A stretch of 64,000 bases of DNA, from positions 1-64,000 of IMG/VR virus record IMGVR_UViG_3300021963_000057, one strand, 5' to 3'. The DNA is from a virus. Positions 21,296 through 32,059 of this stretch are shown in pieces; within the stretch, counting starts at the first letter, position 1; every line of letters starts with the position of its first letter. The notes under the pieces were generated by a model. It did no database searches. It had not been told where the DNA came from and saw nothing but the letters and a program-made list of their open reading frames with translations. The position numbers and the translations under genes were made by a program.

Positions 21296-24200
21296 TGTTT
21301 AATTCTGGTATTCTTGGAAAAAGGTCAAAGGATACAACAGGTATTGTTTCTGTCCGTGACAACTTTAACCAACAAAATTATCCGGTACCTACAATTACCA
21401 GTTTTTCAGTTACGGATGAATCTTACAATCCAACGGATGATACTGCAATTGATACAGCAGGCGGACAAACTATTGTTTTAAATGGTTATGGTTTTGCGCC
21501 TGGTATCACCGTTATGGTTAATTCTTCGAACATAAGTGTCGTAACATATATTGATCCTAACAGAATATCTTTCACCGCACCAGCATTATCTTCAGGTAGT
21601 TATACGGTTTATGCAACTAACGTTAATGGTGGTACAGCAATATTGGTACCAGGTTTAGTTTATTCAGGAATACCAACATTTACAACATCTGCTGGTTCAT
21701 TAGGTTCATATTACGAAACAACTTCTATCAACACCTCTGTTAGTGCAACCGGTGATACACCAATTACATACTCTGTGGTATCAGGATCATTGCCTTCTGG
21801 TGCAACATTAAGTTCAAACGGAACTCTTTCAGGTACAGCTCCAGCTGATTACTCAAGTTCAACTTATTCATTCGTCATTCAAGCAAGTGATGCTGAAAAT
21901 CAAGATACTATTCGTTCATTCAATTTAACAATCAATACGGATGTTGTGTCGTTTTCCACACCAGCAAACAATGTAACATATAATGTTATGGGAAATAGTC
22001 CAATATCAAATGTTACTGCAAGCGCAACATCAGCTGCAGGTTATGGTGTATTATATTCATCTACAGGCCTACCCACTGGTTTAACGATTGATGCTGGAAC
22101 AGGTGTTATATCAGGAACACCAACAGTTGAAGCAAGTAATAATTCAATCATAACCGCAACAGCAAATACAACAACTCGTTCTTCAACATTATATATTAAT
22201 TGGGTTGTTTCTTTAGGTGATTTGTATTGGAAACAAACATCATTATTATTGAATGGTGAAACTCCTGTAACACCATATATTAGTGATGCAAGTGCTAATA
22301 ATGTAGCGTTAACTGTTGTTGGTAATCCGGTTCCAACAAAATTTAATCCATACCAAGATGGTTACTACAGTAATTATTTTGATGGTACTGGGGATTATTT
22401 AACTGCTGCTTCAAGTACAGCTTTTCAACTTGGCACCGGAGATTACACGTTCGAAGCTTGGATATACCCAACTGCGTTAGGTTCAAATAATAGTAATAAT
22501 ATTTTGAATATTGGTACTTATATAACCGGATTATTGATTAGATGTGCGGCAACTACAGGTATTGAAATTTACACCAACAATACACAACGTTTACTTACTG
22601 CAACCGGACTCACACAAAATGCTTGGCAGCATATTGCATTAGTTAGAAGCGGAAGCTCTTGTACATTTTATGTAAATGGCACCAGTATTGGTACATTTAC
22701 AGATTCTAGTAGTATTTCTCCTGCAACGGCTACAGTTACAATCGGTATGGCAGCACATAATAGCAGTGAATTCTTTACTGGTTATATGAGTAATTACAGA
22801 TTGGTAAAGGGTACAGCAGTATATACATCCGCATTTACTCCATCAACATCACCATTAACTGCTATTTCAGGTACAAGTTTATTAACTTGCCAATCAAACA
22901 GATTAATTGATAAATCATCTAATGCATTTACTATTACAAAAAATGGTGACACATCAGTAACACAAGTGCAACCATTTACAGTTTCGAATGATTATACTGG
23001 AGTTTATTTTCCATCCACATCCGATTATTCAACATTTACCGGAACTACCGCACAAGTTTTTGGTACAGGTGATTTTACAGTTGAATGTTGGGTGTATGCA
23101 ACTAATACTGGTACAACAACTGGTCATAATATTTCAAGGCCATCAACTTTGACCAATACGTGGTCACTGCAAACATATAATAGCGCACTAAACTGGTTAT
23201 TCGGTTCAACAACTCTAGGAACTGGTGCCGTTCCAGTATATGCATGGTCACACCTTTGTGTCAGTCGTGTTTCTGGTGTAACAAAAGGATTTGTAAACGG
23301 AACGCAAACATTCTCTGTAGCAGATACAAACAATTACTCAGCATCACCAACTAGACCTATTGGTCCTGGTGGAGGTGGTGCAGCGGTGTTCTATGTTTCT
23401 GATTTCAGAGTTGTTGTTGGATCCGGAGTAACATCAGTCACTGTACCTACATCACCATTAACAGCAATAACAAACACACAATTATTGACTCACCAATATA
23501 GTGGTGCTGTAGTTAATCAAACTATTATAGACAACGGACAATTCAATAACATTATCACAAGAAACGGTAATGCAAGTCAAGGTACATTTAGTCCTTATAG
23601 TCAAACTGGCTGGAGTAATTTCTTTGATGGTAGTGGTGATTATATAGATGTTACTGGAATACCTGTGGCAGCAACAGGACAATTCACAGTTGAAGCATGG
23701 ATATACACCAACAAAGTTAATAGTTCTACCAATCAGATGATATACTCACAGTATAACACAACCGATTCTAATAGATTTACTATTAATATAAACACATCCA
23801 ACAAATTAACAGTGACACATCCTTCAGGTAACATCACTGGTGCAACAACAATAACACCATATCAATGGAATCATATTGCGGTAACTAGAGATGCAAGCAA
23901 TACACTTAGAATATTTTTAAATGGTGTAGTTGATGCATCATCGTCAAGTTGGACAAATTCAATATTTCAAACCAATGCAAGGATTGGATATTATCCAAAC
24001 ACTCCACTAGATTACTTTAATGGTTATATCAGTAATCTAAGAGTATTGAGTGGGACTGGATTATACACTGAAGCATTCACACTACCAACCACAGCATTAA
24101 CTGCAATAGCAAACACAACTTTATTAACTTGTGGATCAAACAGATTTGTTGATAATTCAAATAATAATTATACATTAACTAGAACTGGTGATGTGTCAGT

Positions 24201-25359
24201 TCAAGCCTTTAGTCCATTTGGAGGAACAGCTTATAATCCAAGTTTGCATGGTGGCAGTGTATACTTTGACGGTAGTGGTGATTATCTCACAATTCCAACT
24301 AGTACAAATTTCGGATTCGGTTCAGGAGATTTTACTGTTGAGTTTTGGGTATATCCTACAGCTACCACCAGACAAGACTGGATAGACATTACAGATGGAA
24401 CAAATAGAGTTTTGGTTTATTATAGTGGTAGCGCAATCACATTCTATAGTGTACCTACAAATGCTGCAGCAATTACCGGACCTGCAATTGTCGCCAGACA
24501 ATGGTATCATATAGCGTTATCAAAAAGTTCTGGTTCTTCTAGACTATTTGTTAATGGCGTTCAAGTTGGTGCTACATACGCAACAAATCAAACTTATTCA
24601 GCAACAATGCCAATAACAATTGGTAAAGACAGTGCCGGATCAACACACGTTACTGGTTATATCAGTGATATTAGGATCACTAAAGGCTTAGGAATATATA
24701 CTGCAAATACTTCGGTACCAACTACGCCGGCGACAAATTATTCCACATCTAGACCAGCAAGTTTGTTATTGAATATGAATAATGGCGGTATAACTGACAA
24801 ACACAGTAGTCATACATTTGAAACAGTGGGTAATGCTCAATTAAGTACTGCTGTCAAAAAGTATGGTAGTGCTAGTATGTATTTTGACGGCAACGGAGAT
24901 AGATTAGTAATTCCATACTCAACTTTATTTTCACAAATGCAACCATATACGGTTGAATTTTGGTTCTATCCAACAAATAATGGTGTTACCGGTCAATATA
25001 TATTTGCTCGAAATTCAGGTGGTTTTTTTAATCTCAATTGGTTCGGAACTATTATGAGGGTAGACAAACAAGGTACGGGTATACAGATTACCGGATCAAC
25101 TACCATGGCAGTAAATCAATGGCACCATTTTGCCATGACGTATGATGGCACCAACACAAAGATATGGGTAAATGGTGTATTAGATGGTTCTGTTGCCGGT
25201 ACAAGTACTAGTGATACTAGCGCAAATATAACTATTGGATACTATGAAGCTTCAGGAACATCTTCTTACTATGGTTACATAGATGATTTTAAGTTTACTA
25301 AAGGTGTGGCACTTTACACTTCCAACTTCACACCACCAACACAATTACTAACATCATAA
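21295..25359 (+). CDS. Multi-domain receptor-binding protein: IPT/TIG, putative Ig domains and about five concanavalin-A/LamG domains
   Basis: Repeated YFDG(T/S)GDYL..GTGDFT(V/F)E.W(I/V)YP..W.HIA..R..F(V/L)NG..GYIS(N/D).R LamG signatures; GSLPSGATLSSNG and GLPTGLTIDAGTGVISGTPT Ig-like repeats. Confidence 0.85.
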   Translation: MFNSGILGKRSKDTTGIVSVRDNFNQQNYPVPTITSFSVTDESYNPTDDTAIDTAGGQTIVLNGYGFAPGITVMVNSSNISVVTYIDPNRISFTAPALSSGSYTVYATNVNGGTAILVPGLVYSGIPTFTTSAGSLGSYYETTSINTSVSATGDTPITYSVVSGSLPSGATLSSNGTLSGTAPADYSSSTYSFVIQASDAENQDTIRSFNLTINTDVVSFSTPANNVTYNVMGNSPISNVTASATSAAGYGVLYSSTGLPTGLTIDAGTGVISGTPTVEASNNSIITATANTTTRSSTLYINWVVSLGDLYWKQTSLLLNGETPVTPYISDASANNVALTVVGNPVPTKFNPYQDGYYSNYFDGTGDYLTAASSTAFQLGTGDYTFEAWIYPTALGSNNSNNILNIGTYITGLLIRCAATTGIEIYTNNTQRLLTATGLTQNAWQHIALVRSGSSCTFYVNGTSIGTFTDSSSISPATATVTIGMAAHNSSEFFTGYMSNYRLVKGTAVYTSAFTPSTSPLTAISGTSLLTCQSNRLIDKSSNAFTITKNGDTSVTQVQPFTVSNDYTGVYFPSTSDYSTFTGTTAQVFGTGDFTVECWVYATNTGTTTGHNISRPSTLTNTWSLQTYNSALNWLFGSTTLGTGAVPVYAWSHLCVSRVSGVTKGFVNGTQTFSVADTNNYSASPTRPIGPGGGGAAVFYVSDFRVVVGSGVTSVTVPTSPLTAITNTQLLTHQYSGAVVNQTIIDNGQFNNIITRNGNASQGTFSPYSQTGWSNFFDGSGDYIDVTGIPVAATGQFTVEAWIYTNKVNSSTNQMIYSQYNTTDSNRFTININTSNKLTVTHPSGNITGATTITPYQWNHIAVTRDASNTLRIFLNGVVDASSSSWTNSIFQTNARIGYYPNTPLDYFNGYISNLRVLSGTGLYTEAFTLPTTALTAIANTTLLTCGSNRFVDNSNNNYTLTRTGDVSVQAFSPFGGTAYNPSLHGGSVYFDGSGDYLTIPTSTNFGFGSGDFTVEFWVYPTATTRQDWIDITDGTNRVLVYYSGSAITFYSVPTNAAAITGPAIVARQWYHIALSKSSGSSRLFVNGVQVGATYATNQTYSATMPITIGKDSAGSTHVTGYISDIRITKGLGIYTANTSVPTTPATNYSTSRPASLLLNMNNGGITDKHSSHTFETVGNAQLSTAVKKYGSASMYFDGNGDRLVIPYSTLFSQMQPYTVEFWFYPTNNGVTGQYIFARNSGGFFNLNWFGTIMRVDKQGTGIQITGSTTMAVNQWHHFAMTYDGTNTKIWVNGVLDGSVAGTSTSDTSANITIGYYEASGTSSYYGYIDDFKFTKGVALYTSNFTPPTQLLTS

Positions 25360-25377
25360 TAGTTTGATAAATAAAAC

Positions 25378-26421
25378 ATGTCAACACAAGTAACTCCATC
25401 AAGATTAGATTCAACTAAAGATTTTTCGTCTTTGGTGCCGTCTGCCTATGCGGCAGCAAACGCAGCTTTTGTGCAGGCAAATGCTGCCTTTGCTCAAGCA
25501 AATACAGGTGGTGGCGGTGCGGGTTCAGATGCTTGGGCCAGAGATACAGCTAATGCATCATTCCTACAAGCAAACTCTGCGGCATCATTTGCCAATGGTT
25601 CTTTTGTAACCGCCAACACAGCTGCAAGTTTTGCCAATGGTGCTTTCTTAAGAGCCAACGCATCATATACAGCTCAAAACACTACGGCTGAATTTGCTAA
25701 TGGTTCTTTTTTAACTGCTAACTCGGCAGCCAGCTTTGCTAATGCAGCATATCAATCACAAAATACTACCGCATCATTTGCTAATGGTTCTTTCATTGCG
25801 GCAAACTCAGCAGGTTCATTTGCCAATGCAGCCTTTGTAACAGCCAACTCTGGTGCATCATTTGCCAATTCTGCATATGCACATGCCAATGCAGCATATG
25901 CTCAAGCAAATACTGGTGGGTCAGGTACAGATGCATGGGCAAGAGATACAGCAAATGCCGCTTATGCACATGCAAACGCAGCCTTTACAACAGCTAATAC
26001 TGGCGGTGGTGGCGGCTCAGACACATGGGCTAGAGCACAGGCCAATGCTGCGTTTGCAAAAGCAAATTCTGAAATTATAATTTTCGCAGTAACAGACGAC
26101 ACATCAAATATCACAGTCAGTTCTGCTAGGGCGTCATTCAGAGCACCTTCTGCAATGACATTAACTGGTCTACCTAGAGCATCACTAAATGTTGCTTCAA
26201 CATCCGGTATAGTTAACGTTGATATTAAGATAGCAGGAACAACAATACTTGGTTCAAATAAATTAACAATAGATGCAACAGAAAAAACCAGTACAACTGC
26301 TGCAACACCAACAACATATGTGACAACATCGGTAGCTGATGATGCGGAAATTAGTGTTGATATTCTTGGTGCTGGTACAGGTGCAAAAGGTTTAAAGATA
26401 ACTCTTTACTATACGGATTAA
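25378..26421 (+). CDS. Fibre/adaptor protein (Ala/Asn heptads plus C-terminal beta domain)
   Basis: FANGSF repeats; C-terminal FRAP.AMTL..LPRASL..AST.G..TIDA.EKTS..GLK.TLYY is homologous to 28941. Confidence 0.7.
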   Translation: MSTQVTPSRLDSTKDFSSLVPSAYAAANAAFVQANAAFAQANTGGGGAGSDAWARDTANASFLQANSAASFANGSFVTANTAASFANGAFLRANASYTAQNTTAEFANGSFLTANSAASFANAAYQSQNTTASFANGSFIAANSAGSFANAAFVTANSGASFANSAYAHANAAYAQANTGGSGTDAWARDTANAAYAHANAAFTTANTGGGGGSDTWARAQANAAFAKANSEIIIFAVTDDTSNITVSSARASFRAPSAMTLTGLPRASLNVASTSGIVNVDIKIAGTTILGSNKLTIDATEKTSTTAATPTTYVTTSVADDAEISVDILGAGTGAKGLKITLYYTD

Positions 26422-26422
26422 T

Positions 26423-28507
26423 ATGTCGGGTGTTATGTTTATTAATAATGCAGTGAATTACATAGCATTAGCGGGTCAAGAAGAATGGACATCCAGTTCA
26501 GGTACTTTTACTTGGATTGTACCTAGAGGTGTCTATGAAATTCATGTTTGTTGTATTGGTGGTGGAGGCGGTGGCGGAGCTCACGCTACTGCACCAGCTG
26601 GCGGTGGTTATGGTGGTTCGTTAGCATGGGGTAATAAAATACCAGTAACACCTGGAGAACAAATAACCGTTCGGGTGGGTGACGGGGGTGGTAATGCAAT
26701 TGGCACTGGTGTAAGTGGTGGTTCCGGCGGCGAATCTTATATCGCAAGAGGTGCCACAAGATTGTTAAGTGCTGCTGGTGGTCCAGGTGGTGGAACAACA
26801 TTAGCAGGTACAAATCAAAGTACAACTTCAACAGCAGTTAGTGGAACAAATAGTGTATATGGTTTAACTGACGCATCTTATAGTCACGGTGGACCATCAT
26901 ATGTAACTAACGCAACATCAAGTGAGAGATGTTCTGGCGGTGGCGGCGCAGCAGGATACGCCTCAATTGCAAACATTGGAACAATCACAGGTGGAATTGG
27001 TGGACCCAATAATACCGGATACACATCAGGGACCAGTGGCGGTAGCGGAGGTGGTTCCGGAGGCATTTCATCTGACACTGGAGGTGCTGGTGGAGGTACA
27101 GGACCATGGGGTCAAGGCACTAGCGGATCAGCCGCTTCAACAACAGGTGGTTGGGCTGGCGTAGGTGGTTCGGGTGGCCTGCCGACTGCAAGTTTTGAGA
27201 GTCCACCTGCACAATCTATCGCATCAGCTTGGAGTGCATCAAGTTGGTCACCCAATGCAGGATTATTTGGCGGTGGTGGCGGCGGTGGATTAAACTCAAA
27301 CCCAGGTACAGGTTCCGGTTTCGGTGCAAGAGGTTGTGTGAGAATAATGTGGGGAGAAGGCAGAGGGTATCCTTCAACAAATACAGGTGACTACTATGGT
27401 TCAACCGCTGTAACAAGTAGTCAACAAAATTATTTTACGCCAGGAACATATACATGGACTGTTCCAGCAGGCGTTAGAGAATTTTCAGTGTGCGCTATAG
27501 GTGGTGGCGGAGCAGGTATGCAAGGCACTACTACAACAGGAAAAGGCAGTGGTGGTGGTGGCGCTTTAGCGTGGGCGAATTTCAAGTGTGAACCTGGAGA
27601 ATCATTTACTGTAGTAGCCGGTGCTGCAGGACAATCAACTGCATTAAACACTGCAACCGCAGGTGGTGCCAGTACTGTTACTAGAAACGTTTCGTTTAAA
27701 GGGTTTATATCAGGAACAAATTTGTACATTACTGAAATGATTTCAGGATTAATAACAACCGCAATAACTATAACGGGCTCGGGTGTAACATCAACAACAA
27801 TAAATGCATTTCAAACGGGTGAATATGGTAAAGAAGGAACTTATACGATAGGTACTTCACAAACAGTAGGAACATTAGACTCACCAATCACATTTAGTGG
27901 TACTTTGTTATTAATGACAGCTGGCGGCGGTGGTGCTGCTTTAGCTGTTGGTGGTGGCACACCATCAGGAGGAACATATTCTGTACACTCAACTGCAAAA
28001 AGTAGTGGAGGCATGAGTGGCGGTGCTGGTGGCACAAGTAACTCATCGACAACTGCGTTTGGTGGTAGTGGAGGTGGTGCAGGAGGATACCAAGGCACAG
28101 CAGGCGGTGCCGGAAGAAATTCATCTTCAGCTCTAAATGGAAACTATCCAACACCATATGTAGCTAATAGAATTTCAATGACGGGTGGATCATCGAGTGG
28201 ACGTAATGGTGGTGCTGCGGGTGCGATGGGTGCTGGCGGTGGTGGTACAGGAATATATGGCACAGGTAGAGAGCCTGGACAAGATACTGGTCAAGTATCT
28301 TCAGCACTTAATTCAGGTGGTGTTGCAGGCAGCGGAGGACAAGACGGTACCGCACCAGCAGGCACTGGCCAAGGTGGCCAGTTCGGAGGTGGCGGCGGCG
28401 GATCAGGTAACAACTACACTGCTGGTCGAGCAAACGGTGGAATTGGTGGTGTAAGAATAACTTGGGGTGCTAGACACAAGTATCCCGCACCAACAACAGA
28501 TGTTTAA
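26423..28507 (+). CDS. Glycine-rich adhesin-like protein with two gp38-like glycine-rich domains
   Basis: Two copies of G(T)(F/Y)TW.VP.GV....C.IGGGG..G.VRI.WG flanking poly-Gly segments. Confidence 0.7.
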   Translation: MSGVMFINNAVNYIALAGQEEWTSSSGTFTWIVPRGVYEIHVCCIGGGGGGGAHATAPAGGGYGGSLAWGNKIPVTPGEQITVRVGDGGGNAIGTGVSGGSGGESYIARGATRLLSAAGGPGGGTTLAGTNQSTTSTAVSGTNSVYGLTDASYSHGGPSYVTNATSSERCSGGGGAAGYASIANIGTITGGIGGPNNTGYTSGTSGGSGGGSGGISSDTGGAGGGTGPWGQGTSGSAASTTGGWAGVGGSGGLPTASFESPPAQSIASAWSASSWSPNAGLFGGGGGGGLNSNPGTGSGFGARGCVRIMWGEGRGYPSTNTGDYYGSTAVTSSQQNYFTPGTYTWTVPAGVREFSVCAIGGGGAGMQGTTTTGKGSGGGGALAWANFKCEPGESFTVVAGAAGQSTALNTATAGGASTVTRNVSFKGFISGTNLYITEMISGLITTAITITGSGVTSTTINAFQTGEYGKEGTYTIGTSQTVGTLDSPITFSGTLLLMTAGGGGAALAVGGGTPSGGTYSVHSTAKSSGGMSGGAGGTSNSSTTAFGGSGGGAGGYQGTAGGAGRNSSSALNGNYPTPYVANRISMTGGSSSGRNGGAAGAMGAGGGGTGIYGTGREPGQDTGQVSSALNSGGVAGSGGQDGTAPAGTGQGGQFGGGGGGSGNNYTAGRANGGIGGVRITWGARHKYPAPTTDV

Positions 28508-28520
28508 TTAAGGAAAAACT

Positions 28521-28934
28521 ATGAATTTATGTATTGAAATTTATGAAGGCAATCCAATCAATCATCCAATCCAACAATCCAATTTGGAAATGATTTATCC
28601 TGGTATAGATTTTGAAAATTTACCTGAAAAATATTGTAAATTTGTTCGTGTTGAGAAACCATTTCCTAAATGGGATGAAGTTATTGAAGGACCAGAATAC
28701 AAAATTATTGATGGTGTTTGTTATGATGTATGGACAATTAATAAAATTTCTGATGAAGAACGTCAGCAAAAAATTGCAGATTTAGTTGCATCTTGTCCTT
28801 ATCCATCATGGACAATAGATTATGAAAATCATAATATAATACCACCAACGCCAATGCCAGAACAAGGTTCTTGGACATGGGACGAAGCAACTCTTTCTTG
28901 GGTCGAATATGTGGAACCAACAGACAACATATAA
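28521..28934 (+). CDS. Putative tail-fibre assembly/chaperone protein
   Basis: PYPSW..PPTPMP..WTWDEATLSW C-terminus, typical of proteins adjacent to Gly-rich fibres. Confidence 0.55.
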   Translation: MNLCIEIYEGNPINHPIQQSNLEMIYPGIDFENLPEKYCKFVRVEKPFPKWDEVIEGPEYKIIDGVCYDVWTINKISDEERQQKIADLVASCPYPSWTIDYENHNIIPPTPMPEQGSWTWDEATLSWVEYVEPTDNI

Positions 28935-28940
28935 TAAAAA

Positions 28941-29408
28941 ATGACAACAAAAATAAAACTACCCAATATAGACACATCGTATGATTATTCATCTTTGGTA
29001 CCAGCATCATTTGCACAGGCTAATGCGGCATTTTTATCTGCAAACAATGCAGGTAATGTTTATATGACGATAGCTCTTAGTGATGAAACAACTGCAATTA
29101 CAACAGGTACATCAAAAGTAACTTTCAGAGCACCACATGCAATGACATTAAATCAATTACCTAGAGCATCACTAGCTACTGCAAGTACATCAGGTAATCC
29201 AGCAATTGATATTAATAAAAACGGCACAAGTATTTTTAGCACCACATTAACCATAGATGCTAACGAAAAAACAAGTGTGACTGCCGCAACGCCCGCAGTG
29301 TTGTCCACCACAACGTTTGCAGATGATGATGAAATAACTATGGATATAGATACAGCCGGTACAGACGCAAAAGGATTAAAAGTCACATTATATTATAGAA
29401 GAACATGA
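28941..29408 (+). CDS. Short adaptor protein, paralog of the 25378 C-terminal domain
   Basis: Direct visual alignment with residues ~235-347 of 25378..26421. Confidence 0.7.
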   Translation: MTTKIKLPNIDTSYDYSSLVPASFAQANAAFLSANNAGNVYMTIALSDETTAITTGTSKVTFRAPHAMTLNQLPRASLATASTSGNPAIDINKNGTSIFSTTLTIDANEKTSVTAATPAVLSTTTFADDDEITMDIDTAGTDAKGLKVTLYYRRT

Positions 29409-30352
29409 GATTTCTTATAAATTCATATGTACTTGGGGCTTCTGGCGTTGCACCAGGTCAACAAGAATATACAACACCAGGAACATATAGTTTTGTTGTA
29501 CCAACAGGTGTAACAAGTGTATCTGTTGTTTGTATTGGTGGTGGCGGTGCAGGTTCAGTCGGCGGCGGCGCATCATCAAGAACTCCAGGTGGCGGCGGTG
29601 GCGGCCTAGGGTATAAAAATAACATATCAGTTACTCCAGGAGCAAGTTATACGGTTGTTGTTGGTGCAGGCCAAACTAGATTGGCTGTGTCTACTGCAAC
29701 AGACGTTTATCCTGGTGGTTCAGGTGGCGATAGTTATTTTATAGATACATCTACAGTTAAAGGTGGTGGCGGTGGCGGCGCAGGAAGCAATGCTGGTTCA
29801 TCAGGCGGCAGTTATGTTGGTGATGGAGGTGGTGCTGGCGGCGGTGTGACAGGAAACACTAGTGACCGAGCAGAAGGTGGTGGCGGCGCTGGCGGATACT
29901 CTGGTACAGGTGGTATCGGAGGCCAAGCAAACAGTAATAGTGGTAACGGTGGTTCAGGATCAGGCGGCGGAGGCGGAGGCGGCGGTGCTGCATGGACTAC
30001 AAGTGGCAGTTCTTATCGTGCGGGTTCGGGTGGTGGAACAGGATTATTAGGCCAAGGATCAAACGGTACTGGCGGCACATTTAATAGTGGTGCTGGGACT
30101 GGCGGTTCAAATCCGCAAGGTGGAGGTGGTGGCGGTGGTTCTGGTGGTGGAAATGGTACAAGCGGCGGCATATCAACATCAGACACAAACATAGGTGGTA
30201 GTTATGGCGGTGGTGGTGGTGGTGTATCAAGAAATACAGGAACAGTGTATAGTGGCAGTGGGCAAAATGGAGGTGTCCGTATTATGTGGGCTGGTACCAG
30301 AGTGGGTGATGTATCAAGAGCCTACCCATCGACAAATACAGGAAACTTATAA
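29405..30352 (+). CDS. Glycine-rich adhesin-like protein (single domain)
   Basis: GQQEYTTPGTYSFVVPTGVTSVSVVCIGGGG..GGVRIMW..YPSTNTG, homologous to 26423. Confidence 0.7.
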   Translation: MRFLINSYVLGASGVAPGQQEYTTPGTYSFVVPTGVTSVSVVCIGGGGAGSVGGGASSRTPGGGGGGLGYKNNISVTPGASYTVVVGAGQTRLAVSTATDVYPGGSGGDSYFIDTSTVKGGGGGGAGSNAGSSGGSYVGDGGGAGGGVTGNTSDRAEGGGGAGGYSGTGGIGGQANSNSGNGGSGSGGGGGGGGAAWTTSGSSYRAGSGGGTGLLGQGSNGTGGTFNSGAGTGGSNPQGGGGGGGSGGGNGTSGGISTSDTNIGGSYGGGGGGVSRNTGTVYSGSGQNGGVRIMWAGTRVGDVSRAYPSTNTGNL

Positions 30353-30402
30353 ATGAAATTTCTGCCGCCAGAAGAATAATAAATACCCTATAGGGGGAAA
30401 AC

Positions 30403-31176
30403 ATGGCCACAATAACAACAAGAACAGCATTTAAAGATTACTGCTTACGTAGACTAGGATTTCCAGTAATCGAAATCAACGTTGATGACGACCAGGTAGA
30501 AGACCGTATTGACGATGCATTACAATACTGGCAAGACTATCACTTTGATGGTCTACAAAAGGTTTATTACATTAAAAGAATAGACCAAAACGATATTGAT
30601 AACAAATATTTGGATATATCTGAAGCCACAGATTCATCAAACAACGCATTACAAATTGCTGGTATCACCAGAATATTCCCTATTTCCGATTCTCTTTCTC
30701 AAGTCAATATGTTTGATTTGAGATACCAATTGCGTTTGAATGAGTTGTATGACTTTACATCCGCATCATACATCAACTATACCATGACACAACAACATCT
30801 ACGTATGTTGGAACAATTGTTTAGTGGTGAAGTACCTATTAGATTTCAAAGACACATGCAAAGATTGTACATTGATTGGGCTTGGGGTCACAGCGAAGCA
30901 CCAGTTGGTACAACAGTGATTGCAGAGTGTTATGCAACAATTGATCCTGACATTTATACGCAGGCATGGAATGACCGATGGTTAAAAGAATATGCAACAG
31001 CACTTATCAAGCGTTCTTGGGGTAACAACCTTAAAAAGTTTGAAGGCATTCAATTGCCAGGTGGTGTCAAACTAAATGGCGACAAGATTTATCAAGAAGC
31101 CAAAAACGAGATAGATGCTCTACATGCGGAAATTGGTGACAAGTATGGTGCACCACTAGAAATGTTCATGAACTAA
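30403..31176 (+). CDS. gp13: Neck protein gp13
   Basis: YCLRRLGFPVIEINVDDDQVEDRIDDALQ; WLKEYATALIKRSWGNNLKKF..LPGGV.LNG. Confidence 0.92.
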   Translation: MATITTRTAFKDYCLRRLGFPVIEINVDDDQVEDRIDDALQYWQDYHFDGLQKVYYIKRIDQNDIDNKYLDISEATDSSNNALQIAGITRIFPISDSLSQVNMFDLRYQLRLNELYDFTSASYINYTMTQQHLRMLEQLFSGEVPIRFQRHMQRLYIDWAWGHSEAPVGTTVIAECYATIDPDIYTQAWNDRWLKEYATALIKRSWGNNLKKFEGIQLPGGVKLNGDKIYQEAKNEIDALHAEIGDKYGAPLEMFMN

Positions 31177-31177
31177 T

Positions 31178-32059
31178 ATGGCAACCTCGGTTTATTTCAA
31201 TAATTATAACTCTCTTGCTGAGCAGAGGGTAATTGAAGACTTGATTGTTGAGTCAATCAAGATTATGGGTTTTGACGCCTACTATTTACCTATTGAAAAT
31301 GAAACCGATAGAGACATATTGTATGGTGAGGATCCAATTAAGAGATTTAGTTCAGCCTTCCCAATTGAATTTTACTTATCAAGTTCAATGGAATATGGTG
31401 GTGAAAAAGAATTCTTTTCTAAGTTTGGTCTTGAGATTAAGAACACTGTTAACATTATTCTTTCTAAACGTTCTTTCTCACAAAGAGTACCACAAGATTC
31501 TTTTACTAGACCCCGTGAAGGCGATTTAATTTATGTACCATTCTTAAATGGTACTGGTGAATTATTTGAAATCAAATTCACAAACCAGACCAAAGACTTT
31601 TTCATGTTAGGTCGCAAGATACCATTCTTCTATGAATTGGAACTAGAGAAATTCAAGTATTCACAAGAAGTTATCGACACTGGTGTGGAAGATATTGATG
31701 ATGTTATGATTCAATCAAGTTACACTTTAGACTTGATTGTTGGCCAAGGTGAAGGTTCATATGAAGCAAGAGAAATTGTATATCAATCTGATGATGGCAC
31801 ACAAGCAAATGCATGGGTTGTGGCTATCGTACAAGAATTTATTAAGCCAGAAGATACACTAAAAGTTACCAATATTGCAGGTGAATTCAGAGATAACGTT
31901 GCAATCATTGGTGCAACAAGTAATGCAGAATACTATTTGGCATCTTTTGATCCGTTAAAAGATAGTACAAGAAATGAAACATATGACAATGCATATTTGT
32001 TTGATACTGCAAATAATATTATTGACTTTACAGAAACAAATCCGTTTGGAAGAATTTAA
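31178..32059 (+). CDS. gp14: Neck protein gp14
   Basis: DLIVESIKIMG, FFSKFGLEI, RPREGDLIY, DFTETNPFG. Confidence 0.92.
   Translation: MATSVYFNNYNSLAEQRVIEDLIVESIKIMGFDAYYLPIENETDRDILYGEDPIKRFSSAFPIEFYLSSSMEYGGEKEFFSKFGLEIKNTVNIILSKRSFSQRVPQDSFTRPREGDLIYVPFLNGTGELFEIKFTNQTKDFFMLGRKIPFFYELELEKFKYSQEVIDTGVEDIDDVMIQSSYTLDLIVGQGEGSYEAREIVYQSDDGTQANAWVVAIVQEFIKPEDTLKVTNIAGEFRDNVAIIGATSNAEYYLASFDPLKDSTRNETYDNAYLFDTANNIIDFTETNPFGRI

Noticed and set aside
19340-26070. CRISPR-like array suggested by recurring ~21/42-nt repeats
   Set aside because: Repeats are in-frame, vary at wobble positions, have no unique spacers, and encode heptads.
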